Under the pieces are notes generated by a model, which did no database searches, had not been told where the DNA came from, and was given only the letters and a program-made list of their open reading frames with translations. This document shows, piece after piece, positions 62,716 to 64,000 of a stretch of 64,000 bases of DNA (positions within the stretch are counted from its first letter, which is position 1; every line of letters starts with the position of its first letter). Position numbers and translations under genes: made by a program. This stretch comes from Obrimoposthia wandeli (lineage: Eukaryota). Location of the stretch: positions 1 to 64,000 of the forward strand of contig CDROCS010000121.1 of the NCBI GenBank assembly GCA_977020255.1. The letters are read 5' to 3'.

Positions 62716-62969
62716 CAAAATAAACAAGTCTCTCTAAAGCCTTATTTAAAGGTGTCCATGGACTTATTTAATAAAAACTTAAAAAAATACACTAATATTA
62801 TTTTATTTGATATAGTTAAAATTACTTGTGTTTTAATACCATATCTGATTTGAAGATACACTTTAAATTATGTGAAATAATATCATCATTATATAAAATA
62901 ATAGATAAATATTTTATAGAAAAGTTGTTCATATTTCAAAAAATTATAAAAGACACAAAAGGACACAAT

Positions 62970-64000
62970 ATGCCTACATCAATAGTTGATTTAACAAAAT
63001 TAACATCGAAAGATGATTTATCACCAGTTTTAGGTGGATACTGGCCTGGAATTCAAATTTATTATCCACCAATTAAATTTAATCCATTAGACGGTACTTA
63101 TGAGACGATGGAGCAAGCAAAGTTTAGATTACAAAAACATGCTTATAAAACAAAAGCTCATACATTATTATTCGATTTAGAGGATGGATGTAGAATGAAA
63201 GAGATGTCAAGAAAGCTTCTATTAGAAGAGCTTCCTAAGTTTCCTCAAAGAGATTTTCAAATTGCATTAAGAGTTAATCCATTTAGAACAAAAGAATATG
63301 AAGAAGATTTAGTTTTAATTAAACAAATTCATAAACATATTGATGTAATTGTTTTAGCAAAAGCTGGTGAAGTATATGGTGATGCCGAAATAAGAGATTT
63401 ATCTTCTTGGTTAGTTTCTATTGGTAGTAAAGTAACAATTCAACCAATTATTGAACATCCAAAGTCTTTAAAAATTGCTGATCAATTAATGAGTCACTCA
63501 ACTGTTAAACATGTTGTATTTGGTATTCATGATTTCTCTAAAGCAATGGCTTATAAAATTACTCCACAAGGTTGGATTGATGAGTTAGAAACATTCTTTA
63601 ATATGCTTACAATGGAAGCTAGAGTTAAAGGTTGTGGTGTTATTGGTGGTGTTGAAGTTTTACTTACTCCAAACTCTTTACCAGATTCTTGTGTTGAGAA
63701 AAAAGATATTAGAAGATGGTTAGATTTACATGGTGATGATGCTTCTAGACATGTTTATGCTCATGCTAACAGAGAAACAGCAATGGGTCTTACAGGTAAA
63801 CAAGTTATTACTCCAAATCATATTAATGTTTGTAAAGTTGCATTTACACCATCTCCTGATGAAATTGCACAAGATGTAATGATTTTAAAAGAAGCTATCA
63901 AATCTGATGCTTTATTAAGTGGTGCTATTAGATATAAAGGTGAGATGTTAGATCCACCTATGTTTGGAAAGTCTTTACAAAATATTTTAAGAGCGTATGC
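62970..64000 (+). CDS. CitE/HpcH-family CoA-ester lyase, truncated by the window edge (absent from the ORF track)
   Basis: Open frame from the ATG after AAAGGA: FDLEDGC, RVNPF, PIIEHP, FGIHDFS, TGKQVITPNHI, EMLDPPM. Confidence 0.85.
   Translation, partial: MPTSIVDLTKLTSKDDLSPVLGGYWPGIQIYYPPIKFNPLDGTYETMEQAKFRLQKHAYKTKAHTLLFDLEDGCRMKEMSRKLLLEELPKFPQRDFQIALRVNPFRTKEYEEDLVLIKQIHKHIDVIVLAKAGEVYGDAEIRDLSSWLVSIGSKVTIQPIIEHPKSLKIADQLMSHSTVKHVVFGIHDFSKAMAYKITPQGWIDELETFFNMLTMEARVKGCGVIGGVEVLLTPNSLPDSCVEKKDIRRWLDLHGDDASRHVYAHANRETAMGLTGKQVITPNHINVCKVAFTPSPDEIAQDVMILKEAIKSDALLSGAIRYKGEMLDPPMFGKSLQNILRAY

Noticed and set aside
1-64000. CRISPR array, rRNA or tRNA genes
   Set aside because: No regularly spaced repeats and no rRNA or tRNA signatures seen

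Overview
Very AT-rich bacterial chromosome segment; the gene set and synteny (lolA/secA/lolF-type permease, rnpB, glnA-gltBD) point to Campylobacterota, probably Arcobacteraceae-like (inference). (1) About 0.8-22.6 kb is a photo-oxidative / singlet-oxygen stress cluster: ferrochelatase, DUF523-DUF1722, photolyase, desaturase, a LytS/LytTR two-component pair, a complete ufaD-ufaO-ufaM-like furan/methyl fatty-acid operon with DUF3833, MFS, SnoaL and SDR genes, a renalase-like oxidoreductase, an EAL protein, TIGR03643, pdxH, phasin-UbiB, lipocalin, SRPBCC, CbiX and trpB. Eight promoters in this cluster share a box I found by eye, (A/G)ACAT-N3-A-N3-CTA(C/T)NAA, whose CTAY lies 20 nt (once 19 nt) before a -10 hexamer, suggesting one regulon. 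(2) About 22.7-27.1 kb is a decayed island next to the 3' end of the RNase P RNA gene, with an integrase remnant, an IS3 remnant, a wHTH+nucleotidyltransferase pair, two membrane hypotheticals and a BECR-like nuclease candidate followed by a structured antisense RNA candidate. (3) About 28-36.4 kb is an Hpt / hybrid kinase / HD-GYP / GGDEF / HD-GYP phosphorelay cluster sitting between lolA and secA. (4) The rest is housekeeping and signalling: secA, lolF, yggS, glnA, gltBD, two ankyrins, comEC, a degenerate Sat, ppaC, a hybrid kinase, ygiQ, a GGDEF-EAL protein, and IclR with a CitE-like lyase. Bases ~1-6.2 kb and ~21.4-23.5 kb are full of indels, either long-read error or real decay. No rRNA, tRNA or CRISPR array was seen.
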